From a virus: 64,000 nucleotides of DNA. The stretch's first letter is position 1; the number at the start of each line of letters is the position of its first letter. Shown here piece after piece: positions 63,759 to 64,000 of this stretch. The stretch lies in IMG/VR virus record IMGVR_UViG_3300005537_000002, positions 96,001 to 160,000 of that record; one strand, given 5' to 3'. The notes beneath the pieces were generated by a model, which was given only the letters and a program-made list of their open reading frames with translations, was not told where the DNA came from and did no database searches. A program made the position numbers and the translations under genes.

Positions 63759-63998
63759 TTACGCTACCGCTTCCTCCTCAGCAACGTAGTACGTCTTCAC
63801 GGACCGTTCTCCGTGAAGGAACTTAGGTCTGCTGTAGATGCGGCCTTCTTGTTCCAATCGTGCAAGAGCCTCTTCCACAATACTTCTCTTGAATGAGGTC
63901 ATCAGACAATTCGATCCTGGTTGCCCTGGATTGGTTCTGATCCATCGATAGACTTTGTCCGCGACTTCATCCTCCTTTGTACGTAAGAGCTCGGATTC
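63759..63998 (-). CDS. C-terminal winged-helix part of a larger protein, truncated by window edge
   Basis: Open frame ...VYRWIRTNPG...VEEALARLEQEGRI...TYY*; not in the ORF track. Confidence 0.7.
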   Translation of the reverse strand, partial: ESELLRTKEDEVADKVYRWIRTNPGQPGSNCLMTSFKRSIVEEALARLEQEGRIYSRPKFLHGERSVKTYYVAEEEAVA

Positions 63999-64000
63999 AG

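Overview
A 64-kb segment of a large, probably lytic dsDNA phage genome (about 50% GC by eye). No capsid, tail, terminase, integrase, tRNA, rRNA or CRISPR features were recognised. From position 1 to about 56.1 kb there is an unbroken + strand run of about 140 short, mostly unknown genes (early/host-takeover type) with many paralogue families. A recurring promoter (CTCTTG[T/A]WW-N18-TATAAT, 19 copies) punctuates the window and is usually fused to a terminator-like hairpin. At 56.2-56.65 kb a non-coding block holds CCGTAG repeats, six G5 tracts and a G-poor A/C-rich stretch, and looks like a genome end or packaging junction. It is followed by a compositionally distinct operon with a consensus TTGACA-17-TATACT promoter and two one-mismatch copies of the bacterial parS centromere palindrome. 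From 61.8 kb the genes are on the - strand (zinc ribbon, NUMOD3 protein, RuvC-like resolvase, truncated winged-helix C-terminus). Recognisable families: two tandem degenerate TIR domains (of a type I associate with Ktedonobacteria/Chloroflexota, so the host is inferred only), DUF2786, DUF6011, a DUF6416-like protein, a KGG-motif protein and a T4 endonuclease V-like fusion. All family calls are by-eye motif recognition, with no database searches. Best leads: the parS-like sites, the TIR pair, the hairpin-promoter cassettes, the G-quadruplex/terminus block and a two-copy inverted-repeat element.
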